A stretch of 64,000 nucleotides of DNA from Oscillospiraceae bacterium. Its GTDB lineage: Bacteria > Bacillota > Clostridia > Oscillospirales > CAG-272. Each line of letters begins with the position of its first letter. Positions within the stretch are counted from its first letter, which is position 1. The notes beneath the pieces are model-generated. The model saw nothing but the letters and a program-made list of their open reading frames with translations. It was not told where the DNA came from and did not search any database. The position numbers and the translations under genes are program-made. The stretch is taken from the NCBI GenBank assembly GCA_015064845.1, contig SVRL01000002.1:10508-74507 (forward strand). The letters are read 5' to 3'. Positions 42,986 to 50,934 of this stretch are shown piece after piece.

Positions 42986-44625
42986 TATCTTCTCAGATAT
43001 TTTTCGAAGCCGTCAGCCGCTGCGGAAACACGCTGGTAATCGTTGGTCAGAATGGTATCTGCGCCGAGCTCCAGATAATGGCGCGCTTCTTCCACGGTAT
43101 CGGCATAGAATACGTTGACAACAATATTATTATCATGCGCTTTTTTGATGGTTTTTTCCACGTAGTCGGGTTCGTTTTTCTTGAAGTGAGGCTGATAAAG
43201 CTGAATCTTTTTACAATCATATTTGATTGCTTTTTCGACAAGGTCTTCGAAAGGATCATTGGTTGCGCCTGCGCAACGGACAATATCGGGAGCCAATTGC
43301 TGAAGCTGTCCGAGGATTGCGGGATTGCCGCTCATAAAATAGGAATATTTTCTGCAATCGTATTTGTCAATCAGACGGACGATTTCCGTGAGCATTTCTT
43401 CGGGAACGGGATTGATATCATCCATGGACTTGATGTGAATATTCATGACGGTATGACAAGCGAATTTTTTGAGAATGTCTTCGAATGTGGGAACTTTGAG
43501 ACCGGTGAATTCTGCTCCGTGCTTGATACCGAAATCATATTGCAAAAGTTCGGGATAAGTATATTTCCAGATGGCATCGTAACCGGTAGAAACACGGCTG
43601 AGCCACGGGTCGTGACTGGAAACGATGGTTCCGTCTTTTGCCATCCAGAGGTCGAATTCGATTTCTTCCGCGCCGAGGGCAATTGCTGCGCCGAAAGCGG
43701 GCATACTGTTTTCGGGAGCAATGGTGTTGAATCCTCTGTGCGCGCACATTCTGGGATATGCCATAATTTCATCGTGGCGAACGATCGCGCTGCCACCGGG
43801 GCGGTATTTCCAGGGTCTGCGTCCCGCTTCGATATAAGCGTGATGGGTTGCGGGGGGATTGCCGAAGCCTGCCGCTTTCAGATAGCGCTTGTGGGGGTCA
43901 AATTCCGCACAGGCATGGCCGACGTCGTTTTTCATGTTCAAAAGCATCTTACCGTCGGGAGCCGCAATCAGACTGCATCCGCCGACGGGAGAATCCGCGC
44001 CAAGGCTGACGGAGGAACGAACGACGTAAGCATTGGTATTATAAGCGCAGAATCTTGCCAGAATTTCCAGAGCATCGTGAGAGTCGCTTCTCTGATATGC
44101 GCAAGCAATGATAACTTCGGGATTATATCTGCCGATATTTGCGAATGCTTCATAGAAATAGAAATCGTAACAAATGAGGAATCCGTAGCGAACGCCGTCC
44201 ACTTCCAGAATTGTGGGTTCGCTGTGTTCCCATGTGTAATCCTTATCCAATTCGTATACATTCATTTCGGAGGGAACGAGATGCTGCTTGGAATAGGTTC
44301 CTGCAATTTCGCCGTTTTTGCTGAAAGCGACGGTAGTATTGCGAAGACCGGTGGGATGAGGATAAATGCAGTTGATGAAAACCGTTGCGTTGCAGCGTTT
44401 TGCGGTTTCGGAAGCTTTGTCAATGAGTGCTTTGCTGTATTTTGCATAGCTTGCTTCCATTTCTTCTTTTGTTTTTGCCAGGCAGGGAACGTTGGAATAT
44501 TCGGGCAAAACGATGATATCCATCGTCTCATCGCATTTGTCAAGCTCTGCAAGCTCCCATGCGAAAAGCGCATCGGATTCGGAAAAATCCAAACTGTAAG
44601 CCGGTTGAACAACACATACTTTCAT
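42985..44625 (-). CDS. Fusion protein: carbon-nitrogen hydrolase (nitrilase superfamily) plus glycerophosphodiester phosphodiesterase
   Basis: 546 aa. The N-terminus has a CN-hydrolase Glu (VLPEYS), Lys (SKQHLVP) and Cys (LICYD). The C-terminus has GDPD motifs (AHRGF..PENS, EIEFDLW, SSHD). Confidence 0.8.
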   Translation of the reverse strand: MKVCVVQPAYSLDFSESDALFAWELAELDKCDETMDIIVLPEYSNVPCLAKTKEEMEASYAKYSKALIDKASETAKRCNATVFINCIYPHPTGLRNTTVAFSKNGEIAGTYSKQHLVPSEMNVYELDKDYTWEHSEPTILEVDGVRYGFLICYDFYFYEAFANIGRYNPEVIIACAYQRSDSHDALEILARFCAYNTNAYVVRSSVSLGADSPVGGCSLIAAPDGKMLLNMKNDVGHACAEFDPHKRYLKAAGFGNPPATHHAYIEAGRRPWKYRPGGSAIVRHDEIMAYPRMCAHRGFNTIAPENSMPAFGAAIALGAEEIEFDLWMAKDGTIVSSHDPWLSRVSTGYDAIWKYTYPELLQYDFGIKHGAEFTGLKVPTFEDILKKFACHTVMNIHIKSMDDINPVPEEMLTEIVRLIDKYDCRKYSYFMSGNPAILGQLQQLAPDIVRCAGATNDPFEDLVEKAIKYDCKKIQLYQPHFKKNEPDYVEKTIKKAHDNNIVVNVFYADTVEEARHYLELGADTILTNDYQRVSAAADGFEKYLRR

Positions 44626-44697
44626 TTTGATCTAATACCTTTCATAATTTTTTATTTTTTTAAGAAAAAAGCGGTCTTTTTTCTTTTGTTGACAGTA

Positions 44698-44898
44698 TTA
44701 ATTTTGTTTTTGTACGCTTTTATATTCGTCGTAAAAGCGGTAATGCGGACAATATTGCGCCGTTCCGAGCACGAAACGCTCCAATTCATCCTCATCTAAA
44801 TTGACGGTGCAGATATAGGCATCAAAATCCGCATCGTAATCGTAATATACGCAGGTTTCGCAATTGGTCGGCTTGCGCCGTATGTCTTTTTTTACCAT
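44698..44898 (-). CDS. Small acidic zinc-ribbon-like protein (66 aa)
   Basis: MVKKDIRRKPTNCETCVYYDYDADFDAYICTVNLDEDELERF...CPHY. The start at 44898 was chosen from GAAAGG spacing. The ORF-track start is TTG at 44928. Confidence 0.6.
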   Translation of the reverse strand: MVKKDIRRKPTNCETCVYYDYDADFDAYICTVNLDEDELERFVLGTAQYCPHYRFYDEYKSVQKQN

Positions 44899-44940
44899 GG
44901 TAGGGTTGCCTTTCATACAAAATTTCAAATATCCGTATTT

Positions 44941-44969
44941 ATTATAACATAGGATGAAGATAAAGTCAA
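44941..44969 (-). promoter_or_regulatory. Consensus promoter of the small zinc-ribbon gene
   Basis: On the minus strand: TTGACT (44969-44964), 17-bp spacer, TGtTATAAT (-10 at 44946-44941). Confidence 0.6.
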
Positions 44970-44984
44970 TGCGCCGATGGATTT

Positions 44985-45026
44985 CTTGAAAAACAAAAAC
45001 CGTATTCCGACGAGAAATACGGTTTT
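44985..45026 (-). terminator. Rho-independent terminator ending the scfA-scfB-decarboxylase operon
   Basis: The minus strand reads aaaaccgtatt-tctcgtcgg-aatacggtttt, followed by TGTTTTT. Confidence 0.85.
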
Positions 45027-45033
45027 GCGATAT

Positions 45034-46374
45034 TCAGCGTTGAATTTTGCTGACGGCAACGGTTTCGATGCCGTAAAGCTGAAAAATTTCAATGGCCCGG
45101 GCGGTAATTTCTTCTCCGCTGATGACGATGGGAACGGCGGGAGGACAGGAAACCGTAGGAGAGGCACAGATTCTTCCGCGCGCTTTTTCGACGGGAATGA
45201 TTTCCTGTGCGCCGAGCATGGCTTTTCGTAAAGAAAGGCAGGATTTTCCTCTTTCAAGTTTGTAAAGCAATGGGGGCAAAGACGGTTTTGGGAGAATGGT
45301 GTCCCATACGAGAGTGAGTCTTTCGAAATCTTTTTCACTGTTTTCGGGGGTAATCATGAGAACGAGATATTCACGGTCATAAAATTCGGGAACGATCCGG
45401 AATTTTTTCAGATAACAACACATCTCATCGCCCGTATAGCCGTATTTTGCCGTGTGTAATACGATTTTCAAAGGCTCGCTTTCTTCGGGTGCAAATCCGC
45501 TTTCTTTCATTTTTTCTTTGATCGCTTCGATTTTTTGAATGCAATGCGAAAGTCTTGCGGAATAATTTTCGGAAAGATAACGGTTGCAAAGGTCTAAAGA
45601 TTGCAAAATCAGGTAAGAGGGACTTGTGGAAGCGAAAAGAGCCAAGGCGTTTCTTGCATTTTCCGTATAATGGGAGGGCGCTTGTTTGGAAATATGTAGA
45701 TAAGCGCCGCCCGTTAAAACAGGAAGCGTTTTATGCGCGGAATCACAGCACATATCAGCGCCGAGCGCAATCGGATGGAGAGAAGGGGAGAGAAAGCCGA
45801 GATATGCGCCGTGGGCGTTGTCCACGAGCAGTGGCAGAGAAAATTTTTTGCACACATCGGAAAGCGCGCGGATATCGGCGGTGTGTCCCAGATAATCGGG
45901 GGAAGTGATATAAACCGCGCAGGGCTTTCTTTTTAAGTTCATCAAGCATTTTTTCAGAGTTTGCGCCGATATTTCACAATGACAGAGATGAGAGAACGGT
46001 TCCGGATAGAGCCATTCCACGTCAATATCCAGGAGTGCGGCGCCGTAAATGAATGCTTTATGCGCGTTTCTTGCGGCTAAAATGAGCGGTTTTTCGCCTG
46101 CATTTTGTGTGGCGAGCATGAGCATAGCTTTGATGGCAAGCGTGGAGCCTTCCGCAGAAAAGAAACTGTGAGCGGTATGAAAAAGCGAAGATGTAATATC
46201 TTCGCTTTCTTCAATGATGCCGTTTGCGGAATATAAAACGTCCGCGCCGTCAATCTCCGTAATATCCCACGGTTCTGCGCCGAGCAAGGCTTTTCCTTTA
46301 TGCCCCGGCATATGGAAACGGGAAGCCCCGGAGGCTTGATAATCGGAAACGAAATCGGCAATCGGTGTTTTCAT
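45034..46374 (-). CDS. Orn/Lys/Arg decarboxylase-family PLP enzyme
   Basis: 446 aa from the ATG at 46374, which overlaps the scfB stop (ATGA). Has FHMPGHKG and the PLP-lysine motif SAHKTLP. Confidence 0.85.
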   Translation of the reverse strand: MKTPIADFVSDYQASGASRFHMPGHKGKALLGAEPWDITEIDGADVLYSANGIIEESEDITSSLFHTAHSFFSAEGSTLAIKAMLMLATQNAGEKPLILAARNAHKAFIYGAALLDIDVEWLYPEPFSHLCHCEISAQTLKKCLMNLKRKPCAVYITSPDYLGHTADIRALSDVCKKFSLPLLVDNAHGAYLGFLSPSLHPIALGADMCCDSAHKTLPVLTGGAYLHISKQAPSHYTENARNALALFASTSPSYLILQSLDLCNRYLSENYSARLSHCIQKIEAIKEKMKESGFAPEESEPLKIVLHTAKYGYTGDEMCCYLKKFRIVPEFYDREYLVLMITPENSEKDFERLTLVWDTILPKPSLPPLLYKLERGKSCLSLRKAMLGAQEIIPVEKARGRICASPTVSCPPAVPIVISGEEITARAIEIFQLYGIETVAVSKIQR

Positions 46375-47747
46375 GCTTCTTCCGATTCCGCGACTTGCAT
46401 CATAACGGCGCATTCGATTCTTTTCTTGAAAAGTTCACAGCCGTATTCATAAACACCATTAATGCTGCCCGTGGCATGATAAGCGTTTGCCGCACAGCCG
46501 CCGGAGCAGTAAAGCTTTGCCCAACAATCCTTGCATTCGGGTCTTGCATACGCGTTGCAAGAACGGAATTCATCCTGAACGGCAGTATTGGTTACCCCGT
46601 CCCAGATGTTACCGAGACTGTATTTCGGATCGCCCACAAATTGATGGCAAGGGAAAAGTTCGCCCCAAGGGGTAACTGCCATATATTCCGTACCCGAACC
46701 GCATCCCGTGATGCGTTTGTAGATGCAAGGTCCGTTTTTGAGATCAAGCATATAGTGATAGAATGTGAAACCGCGACCTTCTTTTTTGCGGCGGAGCATT
46801 TCTTTTGCAAGAATCTCATATTGTTCGAAAAGTTTCGGCAGATCTTCTTTGGTCAATGCGTAAGGATCATCGGGAGGACATACGACGGGTTCCATGCTGA
46901 GTTCCGTGAAGCCGAGGTCTGCCATATGGAAAAGATCGTTGGTAAAATCCACGTTGTTATGTGTGAAAGTACCTCTGACATAGTAATCTTTTCCGCCGCG
47001 TTTTTCCACAAGACGTTGGAATTTCGGAACGATGGTATCATAACTGCCATCACCCGCATAGTTTTTGCGGAAATGGTCGTTGACTTCTTTACGTCCGTCC
47101 AGGCTGAGAACGACGTTTGTCATCTCCTTGTTGAGAAAATCGATTACTTCGTCATTCAGAAGCATACCGTTGGTTGTGAAAGTAAAACGGAAATTTTTGT
47201 TATGTTGCTTTTCAATGCTTCTGGCATAAGCTACGAGTTTTTTGACAACATCCCAATTCATCAGCGGTTCTCCGCCGAAAAAGTCGACTTCCAGATTTTT
47301 TCTGGTTCCGGAATTGGCAATCAGAAAATCAAATGCTTGCTTACCGACTTCAAAACTCATCAGTGCGCGTTCGCCTTGATATTTACCCTGGCTTGCAAAG
47401 CAATACGAGCAATTGAGATTGCAGGTGTGAGCTACGTGCAGGCAAAGCGCTTTTACAACTTTGCTGTTGTTTTTATAATCGTAGGCAAGACCTTCAAATT
47501 GATCTTTGGAGAAAAGTTTTCCGCTTTCTTCCAATGCGGCGATGTCTTCCAGACAAAGAAGGATCTCTTCTTCCGTTACATCGGGGAGATTGCCGTATTT
47601 TTTCAGTATTTCGGCAACAATTTCTTCTTTGGAAGCCTGTTTATACATAGCGATGATGTCATAAGCAACCTCATCCACGGTATGAACGGAACCGCTGCAG
47701 GTATCCAGAACGATGTTATAACCGTTCAGTTTATATTGATGTACCAT
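46371..47747 (-). CDS. scfB: Radical SAM/SPASM thioether-forming SCIFF peptide maturase
   Basis: 458 aa from the ATG at 47747 (AGGAG 6 nt upstream). Has the CNLNCSYC radical SAM cluster motif and a Cys-rich SPASM C-terminus (CGSG...CxxC...CSGGC). It is adjacent to scfA. Confidence 0.9.
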   Translation of the reverse strand: MVHQYKLNGYNIVLDTCSGSVHTVDEVAYDIIAMYKQASKEEIVAEILKKYGNLPDVTEEEILLCLEDIAALEESGKLFSKDQFEGLAYDYKNNSKVVKALCLHVAHTCNLNCSYCFASQGKYQGERALMSFEVGKQAFDFLIANSGTRKNLEVDFFGGEPLMNWDVVKKLVAYARSIEKQHNKNFRFTFTTNGMLLNDEVIDFLNKEMTNVVLSLDGRKEVNDHFRKNYAGDGSYDTIVPKFQRLVEKRGGKDYYVRGTFTHNNVDFTNDLFHMADLGFTELSMEPVVCPPDDPYALTKEDLPKLFEQYEILAKEMLRRKKEGRGFTFYHYMLDLKNGPCIYKRITGCGSGTEYMAVTPWGELFPCHQFVGDPKYSLGNIWDGVTNTAVQDEFRSCNAYARPECKDCWAKLYCSGGCAANAYHATGSINGVYEYGCELFKKRIECAVMMQVAESEEA

Positions 47748-47768
47748 AAAAACACTCCTAATCAATAC

Positions 47769-47797
47769 AAAACGCTGTCTTTTTCAGACAGCGTTTT
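47769..47797 (-). promoter_or_regulatory. Intercistronic hairpin between scfA and scfB (partial terminator / processing site)
   Basis: 12-bp stem aaaacgctgtct / agacagcgtttt with a 5-nt loop, then TTTTG on the minus strand. Confidence 0.6.
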
Positions 47798-47813
47798 GAG
47801 AATTTACAGAAAA

Positions 47814-47957
47814 TTATTTTTTGTTTTCGCACTTCTGGTTAGCAACGCCGCAGGATGTTTTGCAAGCAGACTGGCAAGAAGTCTGGCATTCGCCGCAGCC
47901 ACCATTGTTTACGGTTTTAACGATATCTTTGGTTTCGATGGTTTTGATTCTGGTCAT
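47814..47957 (-). CDS. scfA: SCIFF (six-cysteines-in-forty-five) ranthipeptide precursor
   Basis: My translation is MTRIKTIETKDIVKTVNNGGCGECQTSCQSACKTSCGVANQKCENKK*. It contains the GGCGECQTSCQSACKTSC core. GGAGG lies 9 nt upstream. It is below the ORF-track cutoff. Confidence 0.9.
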   Translation of the reverse strand: MTRIKTIETKDIVKTVNNGGCGECQTSCQSACKTSCGVANQKCENKK

Positions 47958-48015
47958 GATTTAATACCTCCGTAATATAATAATCTCTTACAGCCGATGC
48001 TGTTTTTGTGCTATT

Positions 48016-48044
48016 ATTTTATCACAAATAGACTTAAATGTCAA
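48016..48044 (-). promoter_or_regulatory. Promoter of scfA
   Basis: On the minus strand: TTGACA (48044-48039), 17-bp spacer, TAAAAT (48021-48016). Confidence 0.6.
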
Positions 48045-48079
48045 GAATCATCATGAAACTTTTTGAAAAGTGTATAAAC

Positions 48080-49273
48080 TTATTTTCTTGCGGAAACAAT
48101 TTTTTCTGTTTCTCTTGCAATCATCAATTCTTCGTTGGTGGGAATTACGTAAACCTTGGTTTTGGAACCGGGTTTGGAAATTTCCGTAGCGCCTGCATCG
48201 TTTGCTTCTTTGTCAAAATCGATGCCGTAGAATTCCATGTCTTTGCAAACACGTTCACGCATAGCTGCGTTGTTTTCGCCGATACCTGCGGTAAAGACGA
48301 TCGCGTCAACACCGTTCATAGCGGCAGTGTAAGAACCGATATATTTTTTGATACCGTAAGCGAGAATGTTGCAAGCAAGAGCAGCTTTTTCGTTGCCTTC
48401 CTGAACGCCGGCTTCAATTTCACGCATATCGGAGCTGATGCCGGAAACGCCGAGCAGACCGCACTTCTTGTTCAAGAAGTTGCTCATTTCGTCAGCGGTA
48501 TAGCCTTCCTTATTCATGATGTATGTAACGACAGCAGGGTCAATATCGCCGCAACGAGTACCCATTTCAAGACCTGCAAGGGGAGTGAAGCCCATGGAGG
48601 TATCTATGCATTTGCCGCCCTTGACAGCAGTGATGGAAGAACCGTTACCGATGTGGCAGGTAATGATCTTGGTTTCTTCGATGGGTTTGCCGAGCACTTT
48701 TGCCGCTTCGTTTGCAACGTAGCAGTGGGAGGTGCCGTGGAAGCCGTAACGGCGGATGCTGTATTTTTCATACATTTCGTAGGGAATTGCATACATATAA
48801 GCGTAATCGGGCATGGTTTTGTGGAAAACTGTGTCGAATACGATTACCTGGGGAACGTTCGGCATAACTGCGGTGCAACCCTGAATACCCATGATGTGGG
48901 GACCTGTGTGAAGGGGAGCGATTTCACGGCAAAGTTCGAATCTGTCCATAACGTCGCCTTCGATATAAACGTTATCGGAGAAGTAGTTACCGCCGTGAGC
49001 AGCTCTGTGGCCGACTGCTTCGATTTCGCTCATATCCTTGATGCAACCGATTTCGGCATCTGTCAGGGTATCAACGACGATCTGAATGGCAACAGAGTGG
49101 TTGGGCATGGGAATATCGCGTTCGAATTTATCGCCGACTTCGTTCTTATGTGCGATGTGTCCATCGATACCAATACGTTCACAAACACCCTTTGCAAGAA
49201 CCTTTTCTGCGGCGGTGTCCATGAGTTGGTATTTGAGAGAAGAGCTACCGGCATTTACAACAAGTACATACAT
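48080..49273 (-). CDS. ackA: Acetate kinase
   Basis: 397 aa from the ATG at 49273. GGAGG abuts the ORF-track ATG at 49282 but is 9 nt from this one. The N-terminus is VLVVNAGSSSLKYQL and it is full-length AckA-like. Confidence 0.95.
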   Translation of the reverse strand: MYVLVVNAGSSSLKYQLMDTAAEKVLAKGVCERIGIDGHIAHKNEVGDKFERDIPMPNHSVAIQIVVDTLTDAEIGCIKDMSEIEAVGHRAAHGGNYFSDNVYIEGDVMDRFELCREIAPLHTGPHIMGIQGCTAVMPNVPQVIVFDTVFHKTMPDYAYMYAIPYEMYEKYSIRRYGFHGTSHCYVANEAAKVLGKPIEETKIITCHIGNGSSITAVKGGKCIDTSMGFTPLAGLEMGTRCGDIDPAVVTYIMNKEGYTADEMSNFLNKKCGLLGVSGISSDMREIEAGVQEGNEKAALACNILAYGIKKYIGSYTAAMNGVDAIVFTAGIGENNAAMRERVCKDMEFYGIDFDKEANDAGATEISKPGSKTKVYVIPTNEELMIARETEKIVSARK

Positions 49274-49437
49274 TTGAATCATCCTCCATGATTTATATAT
49301 TTATATTGATTTTATTGAGAATTTACAGTATATTATTATTATACAGGATTTTTCTTTCGATTTCAATAGGTATTTTCCCACATAATCAAAGATTTTTTAT
49401 AAATATTTATATGTATTTTGAATATTTTGGAGATTTT

Positions 49438-50616
49438 ATGAAAATTTATGCCGTTATCTGTGAATATAATCCTTTTCATCTCGGGCATGCTTATCAACTT
49501 TCCGAAATGAAACAGAAAGGCGCCGTGGTTTGTGTGATGAGCGGAAGTTTCACGCAACGCGGCGATGCTGCCGTTCTTTCCAAATATGACCGCGCGGAAC
49601 TTGCTGTTCGTTCGGGTGCGGATCTGGTTCTGGAACTGCCTTTTCCGTATTCCTCCGCTTCTGCTGAAATTTTCGGAAGAGCGGGGGTGCGCATTGCCGA
49701 TGCGCTCGGCTGTGTGGATACGCTTTGCTTCGGAAGCGAAACGGGTAATACCGATGCACTGGTTTCTCTTTCAGAACGTTTGCGCGCGGAAGCGTTTCAA
49801 AATGCGCTTTCCGATTATCTTCTGAAACATGAAAATTGTTCGTACAGAACATCTGTAGGTACGGTTTACCGTCTTTGTTACGGAGAAGAATTTCCGCAGA
49901 GTGGTTCCAATGATATTTTATCGCTCTCCTATCTTGCCGCGCTCAAAGTGCTGGATTCCGATATTATCCCACTTGCGCTGGGGCGGAAGGGTGAGAATTA
50001 TAACGGCGGCGGCGAGGGATTTGCTTCCGCCACAACGCTCAGGCGGCATATTGTCTGTCGGAATTGGGATTTTGTTTTTCGCAATGTCCCCGAACCGACC
50101 GCGAATATGCTTGTTCACGGCGCGGAAAACGGAAGACTTGCCGATTCCGGAAAGCTGTTTTTGCTTTTTGCTTCACTTGTCCGTACACGCGGAGAAAGTC
50201 TCTTTGAAAATGTCTATGACGTTTCCGATGAACTTGCTGTCCGCCTTTGCAAAGCGGGAATGAAAGCAAAAAATGCGGATGAATTTTTTGCGCTTTCCAT
50301 TTCCCGAAACGATTCGATGTCCCGTGTCAGACGTGCGGTTCTCAGTACTTTGATGGACGTGAAAAACGATGACGTCGGTACAGTTCCTTATACCTCGGTT
50401 TTGGCGGCGAATGAAACGGGCAGAAAAATTTTATCCGCAGTTCGCAAAACGTCGTCGATTCCGATCATCACGAAGCCTGCCGATGCATGGAAATACGGGG
50501 ACAACGTTGCTCACGCCGCAAAGCTTTGCGCAAATGCGGACAGCGTTTGGGAATTGCTTTGCGATACGCCGAGAGAAGGAAATGCTATGATAAAGGAAAA
50601 GCCGAGAATGCTTTGA
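49438..50616 (+). CDS. tmcAL: tRNA(Met) cytidine acetate ligase (YlbM/TmcAL family nucleotidyltransferase)
   Basis: 392 aa from the ATG at 49438 (GGAG upstream). The N-terminus is MKIYAVICEYNPFHLGHAYQL...VMSGSFTQRGDAAV...ELPF. The upstream ORF-track extension is AT-rich noncoding sequence. Confidence 0.85.
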   Translation: MKIYAVICEYNPFHLGHAYQLSEMKQKGAVVCVMSGSFTQRGDAAVLSKYDRAELAVRSGADLVLELPFPYSSASAEIFGRAGVRIADALGCVDTLCFGSETGNTDALVSLSERLRAEAFQNALSDYLLKHENCSYRTSVGTVYRLCYGEEFPQSGSNDILSLSYLAALKVLDSDIIPLALGRKGENYNGGGEGFASATTLRRHIVCRNWDFVFRNVPEPTANMLVHGAENGRLADSGKLFLLFASLVRTRGESLFENVYDVSDELAVRLCKAGMKAKNADEFFALSISRNDSMSRVRRAVLSTLMDVKNDDVGTVPYTSVLAANETGRKILSAVRKTSSIPIITKPADAWKYGDNVAHAAKLCANADSVWELLCDTPREGNAMIKEKPRML

Positions 50617-50634
50617 AAAATTTCAGAAAAATAT

Positions 50635-50672
50635 AAAAAACCGACAGACTTTTTTGGTTCTGTCGGTTTTTC
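50635..50672. terminator. Bidirectional terminator (tmcAL / zinc-ribbon gene)
   Basis: aaaaaccgacaga-cttttttggt-tctgtcggttttt. Confidence 0.85.
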
Positions 50673-50689
50673 GATGGATACGATTTATT

Positions 50690-50914
50690 TCAGAATTTTG
50701 CTTTTTTGCTGTTTTTGATTTTTTCAAGGTCGTTTTTGTCGATCCATTCTTCCGTAAATCCGCAATTACAGCATATATACCGATTTACGTTTACGGCAGA
50801 AAAGATTGTACTGCCGAGCATAATGTTATTTCCGGAGGCGTATGGACCGGCATAACCGTCAATTCTGACGATATCGGCAGATTCACATTTCGGACAGATT
50901 TTGGTGGTTTTCAT
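50690..50914 (-). CDS. Small zinc-ribbon protein (74 aa)
   Basis: Has CPKC...CCNCG pairs and SD GAGGAG. Confidence 0.6.
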   Translation of the reverse strand: MKTTKICPKCESADIVRIDGYAGPYASGNNIMLGSTIFSAVNVNRYICCNCGFTEEWIDKNDLEKIKNSKKAKF

Positions 50915-50934
50915 GGGTAAGTCTCCTCATCATT

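Noticed and set aside
43078-44799. 573-aa ORF antisense to the CN-hydrolase/GDPD gene
   Set aside because: It is a codon-aligned shadow ORF with no motifs.
46365-47975. 536-aa ORF antisense to scfB/scfA
   Set aside because: It is a codon-aligned shadow ORF. The minus strand encodes the radical SAM maturase and the SCIFF peptide.
48038-49291. 417-aa ORF antisense to ackA
   Set aside because: It is a codon-aligned shadow ORF. ackA is unambiguous.
49288-49437. 50-codon N-terminal extension of the tmcAL ORF in the track
   Set aside because: The extension is AT-rich promoter-like sequence encoding an implausible Ile/Leu/Tyr peptide. GGAG precedes the ATG at 49438, which begins the conserved MKIYAV..EYNPFH N-terminus.
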